Positions 8,113 through 16,674 of a DNA stretch of 20,000 nt are shown piece after piece. Source of the DNA: an uncultured virus (IMG/VR IMGVR_UViG_3300021963_000098) (taxonomy: Duplodnaviria > Heunggongvirae > Uroviricota > Caudoviricetes); IMG/VR virus record IMGVR_UViG_3300021963_000098. One strand, given 5' to 3'. The stretch's first letter is position 1. The number at the start of each line of letters is the position of its first letter. The notes under the pieces are model-generated. The model had not been told where the DNA came from. It made no database searches and was given only the letters and a program-made list of their open reading frames with translations. The translations under genes were made by a program, and so were the position numbers.

Positions 8113-8798
8113 AAGATCAACTTGAATGTAGGTTTTGTAGCAAGGCTTTCCAAAAAGAAAGCACACTGGTTGCGCACATGTGCGAACCCAAGCGCAGGAT
8201 ACTGGCAGAAAATGACAAGGCCAATCGCATAGGATATAATGCATGGCTGATCTTTCGCAAGCTGATGACGCCCAGTGCCCGGAAGACTCCCTCCTACGAG
8301 GACTTTACCAAGAACAAATATTACACCACATTTGTCAAGCTGGGCAAGCGTATCATTGACTTGCATATACCTGAACCAGATAACTTTGTCAAATACTTGG
8401 TCATGAACTCTGTCAAGTTCTCTAACTGGGGCAAAGACTTTGTGTACGAAATGTACATAAGAGAAATGACCAAAAAAGAAACGGTGCAACGTGCCGCAGA
8501 ACGCACAGTGTTGCTCATGCAACAATGGGGCATGGAACAACAGCAGGATTGGAAACAGTTTTGGTCAGATGTCAGCACAACACAGGCCTTGCATTGGATA
8601 CGTATCGGCAGGCTGAGCCCTTGGATATTGTTGGGCACTGTGCAAGGAAAAGACCTGTTAAATAGGTTTGATGAAAAGCAACTGCAAGACGTCACTGGCT
8701 ATATAGAACTAGACCCCTGGCGCATCAGAATTTCTAGAAACAAAAAAGACTGCGAATGGATGCAGGATGTGTTTAACAAGGTCGAGGAAGAACAATAA
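8109..8798 (+). CDS. Zn-finger protein, possible gp59-like helicase loader
   Basis: N-terminal CRFCSKAFQKESTLVAHMC (C2H2-like, ending in C). The body shows weak by-eye similarity to T4 gp59. Confidence 0.5.
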   Translation: MKDQLECRFCSKAFQKESTLVAHMCEPKRRILAENDKANRIGYNAWLIFRKLMTPSARKTPSYEDFTKNKYYTTFVKLGKRIIDLHIPEPDNFVKYLVMNSVKFSNWGKDFVYEMYIREMTKKETVQRAAERTVLLMQQWGMEQQQDWKQFWSDVSTTQALHWIRIGRLSPWILLGTVQGKDLLNRFDEKQLQDVTGYIELDPWRIRISRNKKDCEWMQDVFNKVEEEQ

Positions 8799-9007
8799 TG
8801 GAACAATACAACAATGCAACAGAAACACAGGTACGTGAAGAGAACAAGGTACTTCGCATCGCCGGTGAACCAAACGATATCAAGCAACTCAAAGCATTGG
8901 TAGCCATGCTGATCAAAAAAGTAGAAGACATTGAACAGCGACTGACTCGCACAATGTCAGAAGCAAAATCAGCACGTGACGCGGCAAGACATGTGACAAG
9001 GAAATAA
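8798..9007 (+). CDS. Small coiled-coil hypothetical protein
   Basis: TAATG stop/start overlap, GAGG SD and a heptad pattern. Confidence 0.65.
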   Translation: MEQYNNATETQVREENKVLRIAGEPNDIKQLKALVAMLIKKVEDIEQRLTRTMSEAKSARDAARHVTRK

Positions 9008-9009
9008 TC

Positions 9010-9591
9010 GTGAAAGCACAGGGCACAGACATTGACATTGACTTGGCAGATAGGGATCTACTGCTACGGCTGATAGATCATGTTCCTGCAATGCAACGTG
9101 ATTCGCGTGGTCGTGTGACCAAGCACAATACAGGTGTATACTTCCACGACGTGCCAGCAGATCCCTTTACTGGACTGTGCACATTGGATTACAAGACTGC
9201 TGAGGAAGTTGGTTACTTCAAGATTGATGTGCTTAATGTAAGTGTGTACAAGGATGTGAGAGATCCAGATCATCTAGATCGCTTGACTGCCCAAGCACCA
9301 GACTGGACGCTGTTACAGCACAAAGAAATCATACAACAACTGTTTCATATCCATGCACATGCGGATCTTGTTGTGCGCATGAAACCGCAGACTCTCGAAC
9401 AGTTGGCAATGGTTCTGGCCTTGATTAGACCAGGCAAAAGGCATTTGGTTGGTAGACCCTGGGCTGAGATTGAATCACAGATCTGGGACAAGGGCGATGA
9501 AGGTTACAGCTTCAAGAAAAGCCATGCATTGGGTTATGCATTGGCTATTGTGGTACAGATGAATTTGTTGCAGGAACAGGCCTTATCTTAG
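9010..9591 (+). CDS. Miniature DNA polymerase III alpha (DnaE)-like catalytic core
   Basis: DIDID, KHNTGVY, GYFKIDVL, LALIRPG and GYSFKKSHALGYA match DnaE motifs PDxDxD, HAAGVVI, GLVKFDFL, LYRPG and GYGFNKSHAAAYA. Only 193 aa. AAGGA SD precedes the GTG start. Confidence 0.85.
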   Translation: MKAQGTDIDIDLADRDLLLRLIDHVPAMQRDSRGRVTKHNTGVYFHDVPADPFTGLCTLDYKTAEEVGYFKIDVLNVSVYKDVRDPDHLDRLTAQAPDWTLLQHKEIIQQLFHIHAHADLVVRMKPQTLEQLAMVLALIRPGKRHLVGRPWAEIESQIWDKGDEGYSFKKSHALGYALAIVVQMNLLQEQALS

Positions 9592-10279
9592 CCAAGCCCA
9601 GCATGGTCAGCAGTTTGATATAAACCCACCCAATATCAAACTCATACCAGCGTTGACTGAATCGTGCATTGGCACCATCAGCATGATGATTGTTGTGTAG
9701 TTCTTCGCCTCCAATCCAAATGCCCCAGGGCACAAGATTACGAGAAGTGTCATTGGTATCGGTATTGCGATATCCCCACCAATGAGATAGCCCGTTGATC
9801 ACACCAGCGGCCCAGAACGGGATCCAGATCATTTGAATACCCCATAGGAGTATGCCCCAATGACCAAACAACATGATGTTGATATAAAACATAAGCAAGA
9901 TGCCCAACCAGGGATATCTGCTGTAGATATTTCTTTCGCACCAATCATCAGGCGTGCCTGTGCCAAGTTGTTCCACCATGAGCTTGTTTCTAGATGCATT
10001 GGCGTAGAGAAAAGCACCACCGAACAGCACACGCCATATGCCATACTGTTGTGGGCTATGTGGGTCTCCAGGTTGATCGCTCTTTTGGTGGTGACGGCGG
10101 TGTACTGCTACCCATTCACGAGTGACCATGCCAGTAGTAAGCCACAGCCAAAACCGCATGAAATGATTCACAGCAGGATGGAATGAAACTGATCTATGTG
10201 CTTGACTACGATGTAGATATAGAGTTACGCAGAGGATGGTAATGTGGGTCATTACCAGTAGGTATATTAGTTTTGTCAT
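9545..10279 (-). CDS. Membrane fatty-acid desaturase (delta-9/DesA-like)
   Basis: Three His boxes (HRSQAH, HRRHH, HNNHH), DPHSP, GEELHNNHH, W.EFD.GW and hydrophobic TM segments. Confidence 0.93.
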   Translation of the reverse strand: MTKLIYLLVMTHITILCVTLYLHRSQAHRSVSFHPAVNHFMRFWLWLTTGMVTREWVAVHRRHHQKSDQPGDPHSPQQYGIWRVLFGGAFLYANASRNKLMVEQLGTGTPDDWCERNIYSRYPWLGILLMFYINIMLFGHWGILLWGIQMIWIPFWAAGVINGLSHWWGYRNTDTNDTSRNLVPWGIWIGGEELHNNHHADGANARFSQRWYEFDIGWVYIKLLTMLGLAKIRPVPATNSSVPQ

Positions 10280-10659
10280 GAATTGTCTATTTTACGTATC
10301 AGCTGTATTTGTCTGCGCTTGATACGTTTTGTGATCACATTTTGTAATGTAACCACGTGTCCTGCTACCACATCAAATTCCTTGATTGAAAATGTTTGTA
10401 AACTGTACTGGAAAGGCTTGAATTTCATGCCCAGTACAATGTTAATTGGCAACTGTCTATTTGTTGCCCACCACCATTCGTCGCCCATTTCCAAGAACAA
10501 TTTTTTGTCCTCTTCCTGCAGGCGATTGTAAACATACATGCTCACTATGCTGTTATCGTAGTTTTGTATGATGCCCACATATTCCTGCCCGCTGTAACGA
10601 GCCAGGCACAAAAATGGGAATCTTTCAAGCATGATCAGTATTTCTTCGGGTGTGTTCAT
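10276..10659 (-). CDS. Hypothetical phage protein
   Basis: 127-aa ORF with TAAATA 10 nt upstream on the minus strand and an ATGA overlap with the desaturase. Confidence 0.8.
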   Translation of the reverse strand: MNTPEEILIMLERFPFLCLARYSGQEYVGIIQNYDNSIVSMYVYNRLQEEDKKLFLEMGDEWWWATNRQLPINIVLGMKFKPFQYSLQTFSIKEFDVVAGHVVTLQNVITKRIKRRQIQLIRKIDNS

Positions 10660-10668
10660 CGTCGTGAG

Positions 10669-10688
10669 TATTTACCAAACCATAAATA
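10669..10688. promoter_or_regulatory. Divergent pair of T4-like late promoters
   Basis: TAAATA on the minus strand (10674-10669) and CATAAATA on the plus strand (10681-10688) between divergent genes. Confidence 0.7.
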
Positions 10689-10709
10689 TGGTATGACACA
10701 GGAACGAAC

Positions 10710-11471
10710 ATGAACGTATCGTATGTATATGATCAAGTACTCCACGTAATGGTTGGAGTAGGAACCTTAAGGAATACTCCTATGAATGAACGTCGTTATA
10801 CGGCTTACATAGGTGTGGACAACACCATTGACTTGCAATTCAAAGACAGGGATCGCAAGCCCGTTGATATCACACTTAAAACGGTAATATGGCAGATGAC
10901 CGATCCTATTACAGGTGAAGCTTTGATTAGAAAAACAGCCTTTGCTAGCGATGCTGCCAAGGGCCAGGCCAAACTGCAACTGCTGGATCACGATACCATG
11001 GGCATATCAGCAGGCATTTATCATGTGGGCATCATGCTGGTAGCAACCGACGGTACGACCAGTGCCAGCTATACAGATTTGAACTATGATGCTCGTGCAG
11101 AAATTGAACTGCGCACAGGAGCATATGAGGCATTTCGTTCAAGTGATCAAACTGTGTCTTTTTCAGACCCTTTCACTGCCACGGGATATTCAGGACCACT
11201 CAAAGCGGCCGGGCAGGTAAGTGATGTATGCATTCTCAACACCGTTGCTGTGTACATGACCAACTATGTTGGTACCATTTATATAGAATCCAGCCTTGAG
11301 GAAGTTCCTGTAAATTGGAATTTGCTTGGTGATCCAGCAGGATACAGTTATACGGACTACACAGGCATAGATACTTTCAATATCAACAGCCGTGCCAAAT
11401 GGTTGCGAATCAAGTATATTCCAGACATAACGAACACCGGCACTATTGACAAAGTGATCTGCAGAGCGTAA
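10710..11471 (+). CDS. Probable virion structural protein (BppU/Ig-like N-terminal domain)
   Basis: IDLQFKDRDRKPVDIT...DAAKGQAKLQL...GIYHVGI pattern is typical of baseplate-upper/Ig-like domains. Beta-rich, T/G/Y-rich and under a late promoter. Confidence 0.55.
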   Translation: MNVSYVYDQVLHVMVGVGTLRNTPMNERRYTAYIGVDNTIDLQFKDRDRKPVDITLKTVIWQMTDPITGEALIRKTAFASDAAKGQAKLQLLDHDTMGISAGIYHVGIMLVATDGTTSASYTDLNYDARAEIELRTGAYEAFRSSDQTVSFSDPFTATGYSGPLKAAGQVSDVCILNTVAVYMTNYVGTIYIESSLEEVPVNWNLLGDPAGYSYTDYTGIDTFNINSRAKWLRIKYIPDITNTGTIDKVICRA

Positions 11472-11474
11472 ACT
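11446..11474 (+). promoter_or_regulatory. Sigma70-like promoter for primase-helicase, leaderless position
   Basis: TTGACA-17 bp-TAAACT embedded in the 3' end of the upstream gene. GTG 11481 is 6 nt after the -10 box. Confidence 0.7.
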
Positions 11475-11480
11475 AGCTTT

Positions 11481-12446
11481 GTGAGTCTGATTCAAGAAAC
11501 TATAAAAGCGCATGTTCATGGATTGAGATCTAGCCCCAAGGGCTGGTGGACAATCAACTGTCCTATGTGTGTGGCATTCGGACAACCGCGTCCAGATACC
11601 AAACGCCGCGGAGGCTTCCGCTTTGATTCAGACGGCTCAACTGCATATCATTGTTTCAATTGTGGCTTCAAAGTACGCTGGCAACCAGGCCAGGGCATGG
11701 GACACAAGCTCAAGACACTGCTACGCCAAATTGGTGTAGACGAAGGTGAGGTGCAACGCCTTAATCTACAGTTGATGAGTGAACGAGACGACACACAAAT
11801 TTTGGAGTACAAGGCAGAGGAGATATGGACTCCTGAATGGCCCACTATTGAAGTACCAGGATCCAGCACACTCACATGCGAGGCTGCAGAATACATTGAA
11901 GACAGAAAAATGACAGGGCTTGCAGATTGGCACTGGTGTGATGCCAAGTTCTGGAACATTGACAAACGTGTGATTTTGCCGTATACTTGGGAAGGTAACA
12001 CAGTGGGATATGCCGCACGTTGGATAGGCGCACCGCCCAAGGATACACCAAAGATATTACGCAAGGCGCCAACTGATTTTGTGTTTAACATGGATCCTCA
12101 AGGAGAACCTCGTAAGTTTGTGCTGGTAGTAGAAGGCGAGTTTGATGCTCTGGCAGTGGATGGTGTTGCAGTGCTACACAATGACATCAGTGCCAAGCAA
12201 GCACAGTTGATTGCAGACCTGGATGTTGAACCTATCGTAGTACCAGATAGAGATCGTAGTGGAACCAAGCTGGCAGAACGTGCGATAGAACTAGGGTGGA
12301 GCGTGGCATTCCCAGACTGGGATAACGGAATAAAGGATTGCGCAGATGCGGCTAAAGCGTATGGCCGAGTGGTCACGCTAAACAGTATAATACAATCGAA
12401 ACAAGATAATCCGTTGAAGATAAAAATTATGTTAAGGAAGAATTGA
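11481..12446 (+). CDS. DNA primase (T4 gp61/DnaG-like)
   Basis: Zn-binding CPMC...YHCFNCG and TOPRIM motifs VVEGEFDA, PDRD..G and KD..D. Confidence 0.9.
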   Translation: MSLIQETIKAHVHGLRSSPKGWWTINCPMCVAFGQPRPDTKRRGGFRFDSDGSTAYHCFNCGFKVRWQPGQGMGHKLKTLLRQIGVDEGEVQRLNLQLMSERDDTQILEYKAEEIWTPEWPTIEVPGSSTLTCEAAEYIEDRKMTGLADWHWCDAKFWNIDKRVILPYTWEGNTVGYAARWIGAPPKDTPKILRKAPTDFVFNMDPQGEPRKFVLVVEGEFDALAVDGVAVLHNDISAKQAQLIADLDVEPIVVPDRDRSGTKLAERAIELGWSVAFPDWDNGIKDCADAAKAYGRVVTLNSIIQSKQDNPLKIKIMLRKN

Positions 12447-13936
12447 TGGCTGAACAGCATGAAATTAAAGAGTACTCAGATGACTTGCAAAAGTTGTTCC
12501 TGGAGTTCTTGATTGGTAATGGAGAACTGGCCAGTAGATGCCAGGGTATTTTAGAAGCTGACTACTTCTCTCGTAGGTTGAATCCTGCCGCAGACTTTAT
12601 CAAGAAGTATGTGGATCAGCACAGCATGGTGCCCACAGCAGAACAGGTCAACGCCACATGCGGAACCAACCTACAGCAGATTGATCCCACAGCCAACGTG
12701 CATGCTGACTGGTTCCTGGGCGAGTTTGAACAGTTCTGTAGATACAAGGCATTGGAGAAGGCAATTCTCAAGAGTGCAGACATGCTGGAAAAGCAACAGT
12801 ATGGTGGAGTGGAAAAGCTGATACGCGAAGCCACACAGATTGGCTTGGCCAAGAGCTTTGGTACAGACTACTATGCTGATCCACGTGCTCGACTGGGCAT
12901 ACTCAAAGATGCCAATGGTCAAGTGAGTACAGGATGGAAGACTGTGGATGAGAAACTGTATGGTGGTTTCAACCGAGGCGAACTCAACATCTTTGCAGGC
13001 GGATCGGGTGCAGGCAAGAGTTTGTTCTTGCAGAACATTGCACTGAACTGGAGCATGCAGGGTTACAATGTCATCTACTTCAGTCTTGAATTGAGCGAAG
13101 GCCTGACCAGCCTGCGACTTGACAGCATGGTCACAGGCATGCCAACCAAGGAAGTATTCCGTAACATTGATGATGTTGAACTCAAGGTCAAGATGGCAGG
13201 AAAGAAAGCAGGTGCATTGCAGGTGGTGCAGTTGCCCAATGGTATCACTATCAACGATTTGCGAGCATGGCTAAAGGAATTCCAGGTACAGACTGGCAAG
13301 AAAGTTGACGCTATCATTGTTGACTATCTGGACTTAATGATGCCAGCAGGACAAAAGATCTCAGTGGCAGACTTGTTTATCAAAGACAAGCTGGTATCAG
13401 AAGAACTGCGTAACTTGGCTATCCAACTCAATCTGTTGTTGGTCACTGCGTCGCAGTTGAATCGTTCAGCTGTGGAAACAGTGGAGTTTGATCACAGCCA
13501 CATTGCAGGCGGCCTGAGCAAGATCCAAACAGCAGACAACGTGTTTGGTATCTTCTCCAGTATTGTGTTGCGTGAACGTGGGCGTGTGCAGATACAGTTC
13601 ATGAAGACACGTAGTTCCAGTGCAGTTGGACAAAAGATGGAACTGGCATTCAACGTGCAGAGCCTGCGTATCAGTGACATGGATCCAGATGCAGATGATG
13701 GGCCAAGTGATGCTGACGTACTGTACAAGAGATTGCAGACACAACAACATGGCCAAGAAAAAAGCGTCCCTGGGGTTGCCAGTGACGCTGCCGTAGTTAA
13801 ACGAGTTGCCAGTGCAGAACAGCTAAGAGCAATGTTGCGCAAAACCCCACAAGTACCAGAATCAGGTCCTTCGACCAAGTGGGAGAAAGCAACTGGCACA
13901 CCTGCTTGGGAAAAACCACCCCAAGGACAGAGTTAA
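12446..13936 (+). CDS. dnaB: Replicative DnaB/gp41-like helicase
   Basis: STGW..D..L.GG, Walker A GGSGAGKS, FSLEL, IIVDYLDLM, TASQLNR and KTR. TGATG overlap with the primase. Confidence 0.93.
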   Translation: MAEQHEIKEYSDDLQKLFLEFLIGNGELASRCQGILEADYFSRRLNPAADFIKKYVDQHSMVPTAEQVNATCGTNLQQIDPTANVHADWFLGEFEQFCRYKALEKAILKSADMLEKQQYGGVEKLIREATQIGLAKSFGTDYYADPRARLGILKDANGQVSTGWKTVDEKLYGGFNRGELNIFAGGSGAGKSLFLQNIALNWSMQGYNVIYFSLELSEGLTSLRLDSMVTGMPTKEVFRNIDDVELKVKMAGKKAGALQVVQLPNGITINDLRAWLKEFQVQTGKKVDAIIVDYLDLMMPAGQKISVADLFIKDKLVSEELRNLAIQLNLLLVTASQLNRSAVETVEFDHSHIAGGLSKIQTADNVFGIFSSIVLRERGRVQIQFMKTRSSSAVGQKMELAFNVQSLRISDMDPDADDGPSDADVLYKRLQTQQHGQEKSVPGVASDAAVVKRVASAEQLRAMLRKTPQVPESGPSTKWEKATGTPAWEKPPQGQS

Positions 13937-14337
13937 ACTGCTGGTGTGGCTGTCTTTTGTTTGCCTAGGTCCTGCTTGATGCGCGATACCAAACTAGCAT
14001 CGTCACCGATGAGATCCATCAAGCTCTGCATTACGTCCAACATCACAATGCGCTGTGGACTGCTCAGCGGGCTTCCATTCATCATGGCTTTCATTGCGCT
14101 GTTTAGGCTGGATACTTGGCTTTTATCAACTAGTCCATTTTGTGCCAGTTGGTACATGCGAGCCATGGCTTTCTGTGCTTTGCTGCGATCTTCTGCATCA
14201 TTGTTCATTCCGCCTGCAGGTTTGGCGTCGCCAATTTTAGCGCCTATGCCTGGTTGCTCAGCAGGTGCTTCGCCCAATTCAGATTCTAATAAACTCAGAC
14301 GGTCGATGATGTCTCTAATTTGTTGTGTTGGTTGCAT
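13933..14337 (-). CDS. Hypothetical late protein, possibly head-associated
   Basis: AGGAGG SD (14353-14348) and a late promoter upstream. Shares a TTAA stop overlap with the helicase. Confidence 0.75.
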   Translation of the reverse strand: MQPTQQIRDIIDRLSLLESELGEAPAEQPGIGAKIGDAKPAGGMNNDAEDRSKAQKAMARMYQLAQNGLVDKSQVSSLNSAMKAMMNGSPLSSPQRIVMLDVMQSLMDLIGDDASLVSRIKQDLGKQKTATPAV

Positions 14338-14360
14338 GAGATACAATCCTCCTATTGATT

Positions 14361-14377
14361 TATTTATGCCATAAATA
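14361..14377. promoter_or_regulatory. Palindromic divergent late promoters TATTTATG-C-CATAAATA
   Basis: Perfect inverted pair of CATAAATA between divergent genes. Confidence 0.8.
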
Positions 14378-14395
14378 CATTTGGGAGCAGAGATA

Positions 14396-14650
14396 ATGAA
14401 GAAACAGACCCGTAGCCTACTACAAGAAATTAACGATTTAGTCCCCCAAAAGGACGTTCACTTCTTTGTTGAAAGTAAAGCAGTGCAAGCCATTGCCAGC
14501 GTACAAAATCTACTGAAGTTGATAGAATCCAACTACTCCCCAGAAGACGCTTCAGATTTGATCAAGCGTTTGTTTAACAGCATGAAAAGCGGAGATCAGG
14601 AAAAGTTCCGTAGAGGTGTGCGCTACATACGAGAGTCAAAACAACCATGA
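14396..14650 (+). CDS. Hypothetical late protein
   Basis: GGAG SD, ATG 14396 and ATGA overlap with the next gene. Confidence 0.8.
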   Translation: MKKQTRSLLQEINDLVPQKDVHFFVESKAVQAIASVQNLLKLIESNYSPEDASDLIKRLFNSMKSGDQEKFRRGVRYIRESKQP

Positions 14651-15804
14651 GATTTAACGACCTATTAGTTGAAGCAGGACAGCGCATACTCAGCGAAGCC
14701 ACAGTGGGTCGAGACCTACAGCACATAGAAGATTATCTCATTGTGGACGGTGCAGAAGGTGGGCTCGCTAGCTTGATAGATCTCAAACGTCTTGCCGACA
14801 ATGCAGGAGAAAGTTCTGTCAAATGGGACGGCACAATGGCCATCTACTGGGGCTACAGCAACGACGGCAAGTTTTATCTGATTCCCAATGCACAGTGGGC
14901 CAAGAAGCTGGTACTTCCAAAAGAAGATCTGGCATCAGAAATACAGAATACAGGACGCAAGCGTCCAGACCAAACAGATGACGATCATGCACAGGTGCGC
15001 AAATCATTGAGCGACAAATACATGGCGCTATGGGACGTATTTGAAAAAGCCTCAGCAGGCACCCGAGGATTTTTCAAGGGTGATATCATGTTCACTGGCA
15101 AGCAACAGCCGGATTCTGCAGGCAACTATGTGTTCACACCCAACAAGGTTACCTACACAGTGAGCCCAAAAGGTCTTTATGGAAAAATGCCCACTGCACT
15201 GGTGTTTGTGACTGTGCACGGCAAAGCAGATGAACTAGGTAGTCCTAGACTAACACCGGCAGATCCAAAAGAAGTGGCCATGCTCAACAGCACTCCACAG
15301 TTGATTGCGCTGGATATACAGAAACCCACGGGTGGCATTGACATCGACACCGCAGACATAGATCGAGCCATTGGCATGGTCAAACAAAATGCCGCCGCAA
15401 TTGATACAATTTCTAATTTCACGGCCCCAAAGTTTACCACGTTCAAGCAGATACTGTACAACTATGCAGTCAAGCTGGGCAAGAGTCACGATTCTTTGGA
15501 TTTCAATGACTGGTTGATCACTGCCAAAGTGAGTGAGCCGCAAAAAGCAGTGATTGCTGAAATACAAAAGAAGCCAGAATGGAAACTGTTCTGGAGCACA
15601 TTTCTTGCACTCAAGAGAGCCAAATACAAGGTGTTTGATCAATTGACCAAACAGCACGGCAGCGAATTGGCCAAGTCACTGGGTATCACAGCCAGCACCA
15701 ATGGACAGCCAGGCGGCGAAGGCTATGTTACTCCTGCAGGCAAGATTGTTAATCCGCACTTTCGCAGTGCACCAGATAATCCCAGATTCACTGGCGAAAT
15801 ATAA
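14647..15804 (+). CDS. Ligase-superfamily (KxDG) nucleotidyltransferase-like protein
   Basis: SVKWDGT (motif I), FKGDIMF (III), GEGYV (IV) and KIVN (V) occur in the canonical order. Confidence 0.6.
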   Translation: MRFNDLLVEAGQRILSEATVGRDLQHIEDYLIVDGAEGGLASLIDLKRLADNAGESSVKWDGTMAIYWGYSNDGKFYLIPNAQWAKKLVLPKEDLASEIQNTGRKRPDQTDDDHAQVRKSLSDKYMALWDVFEKASAGTRGFFKGDIMFTGKQQPDSAGNYVFTPNKVTYTVSPKGLYGKMPTALVFVTVHGKADELGSPRLTPADPKEVAMLNSTPQLIALDIQKPTGGIDIDTADIDRAIGMVKQNAAAIDTISNFTAPKFTTFKQILYNYAVKLGKSHDSLDFNDWLITAKVSEPQKAVIAEIQKKPEWKLFWSTFLALKRAKYKVFDQLTKQHGSELAKSLGITASTNGQPGGEGYVTPAGKIVNPHFRSAPDNPRFTGEI

Positions 15805-15818
15805 TAGAGAGAACTCAT

Positions 15819-16583
15819 ATGAAGATTGATGAAGCCTTGGCACAAGAGATTGATGAAGCCTACAGCAGTATATTTGTTGAAAGCAAGTTGTTCAAAAGCA
15901 AAGTTGCTGTGAACAGCATGGACATTGAAGACGTTGCTGAATATGCTTTCATGAGCATTATTTCTTTATGGGTGATGTATTGTGTGCCATTAACTAAACA
16001 AACAGCAATAGCTTATGCTGATCGTACAATGAGTTTTGGTAATTTCAAACAAGAACGCAACATGGCCACAGACTTGTACGTTGCTCTTAACACATTGGTA
16101 AATCCTGTTGGCAAGATCAGTACGTCACTGGCCAATCAAGCCAAAAATGTTGAAGCTCGTAAAAGCATACGTGTGAACCAACAGTTAATTAAATCTTTTT
16201 TAGACAGCATGGCATCGGGTAGGATTGACAGTACTGACGCTTCACGTTTCTTGCTCAAACTAGAACGCATGCTCAACATACACAACATCATGTACAAGTC
16301 TGTGCGTCGTATGGCCCAGGACTGGCCGAGCCTAAATCCACATGAGCGTAACCTGGTGATGAGCAGGATCATGCAGTATTTCAACCTGCATGCCAAACGT
16401 AGCGAACTAAAGCCTTTCCTAGAAGACATGGCCAGGGCCGAAGGTTACAAGCTGGGCGATGCACCAGATCCCGAAGACAAATCTGACACAGTGAAAGCCT
16501 TGGCAGTAGCGGCAGCGGCCTTGTACGGCGGCTATAAGCTGGGCAAAGCCATGTTGCCAGATGTTAAAAAACTGTTCAAATAA
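15819..16583 (+). CDS. Hypothetical helical late protein with hydrophobic C-terminal segment
   Basis: 254-aa ORF in the late operon with an ALAVAAAALYGGYKLGKAM tail. Confidence 0.75.
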   Translation: MKIDEALAQEIDEAYSSIFVESKLFKSKVAVNSMDIEDVAEYAFMSIISLWVMYCVPLTKQTAIAYADRTMSFGNFKQERNMATDLYVALNTLVNPVGKISTSLANQAKNVEARKSIRVNQQLIKSFLDSMASGRIDSTDASRFLLKLERMLNIHNIMYKSVRRMAQDWPSLNPHERNLVMSRIMQYFNLHAKRSELKPFLEDMARAEGYKLGDAPDPEDKSDTVKALAVAAAALYGGYKLGKAMLPDVKKLFK

Positions 16584-16613
16584 ACACGATCTCACTGAGA
16601 TTTAAGCATCAGG

Positions 16614-16621
16614 ACTAAATA
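16614..16621 (+). promoter_or_regulatory. T4-like late promoter
   Basis: ACTAAATA in the intergenic gap upstream of 16675. Confidence 0.65.
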
Positions 16622-16674
16622 AAAGCAGGAAGACATAGATCTTCTCAGAACATTCCATATCAAGGAGAATTATT

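Noticed and set aside
9010..9591. dnaE pseudogene
   Set aside because: The ORF is intact with an SD, and all catalytic motifs survive several internal deletions. No flanking dnaE remnants were seen.
12386..12391. TATAAT upstream of the helicase
   Set aside because: There is no credible -35 box at 17 bp, and the helicase is translationally coupled to the primase.
13775..13920. Short repeats in the helicase tail (GTTGCCAGTG twice, WEK twice)
   Set aside because: They are too short and fall in a low-complexity C-terminal extension, so no function can be supported.
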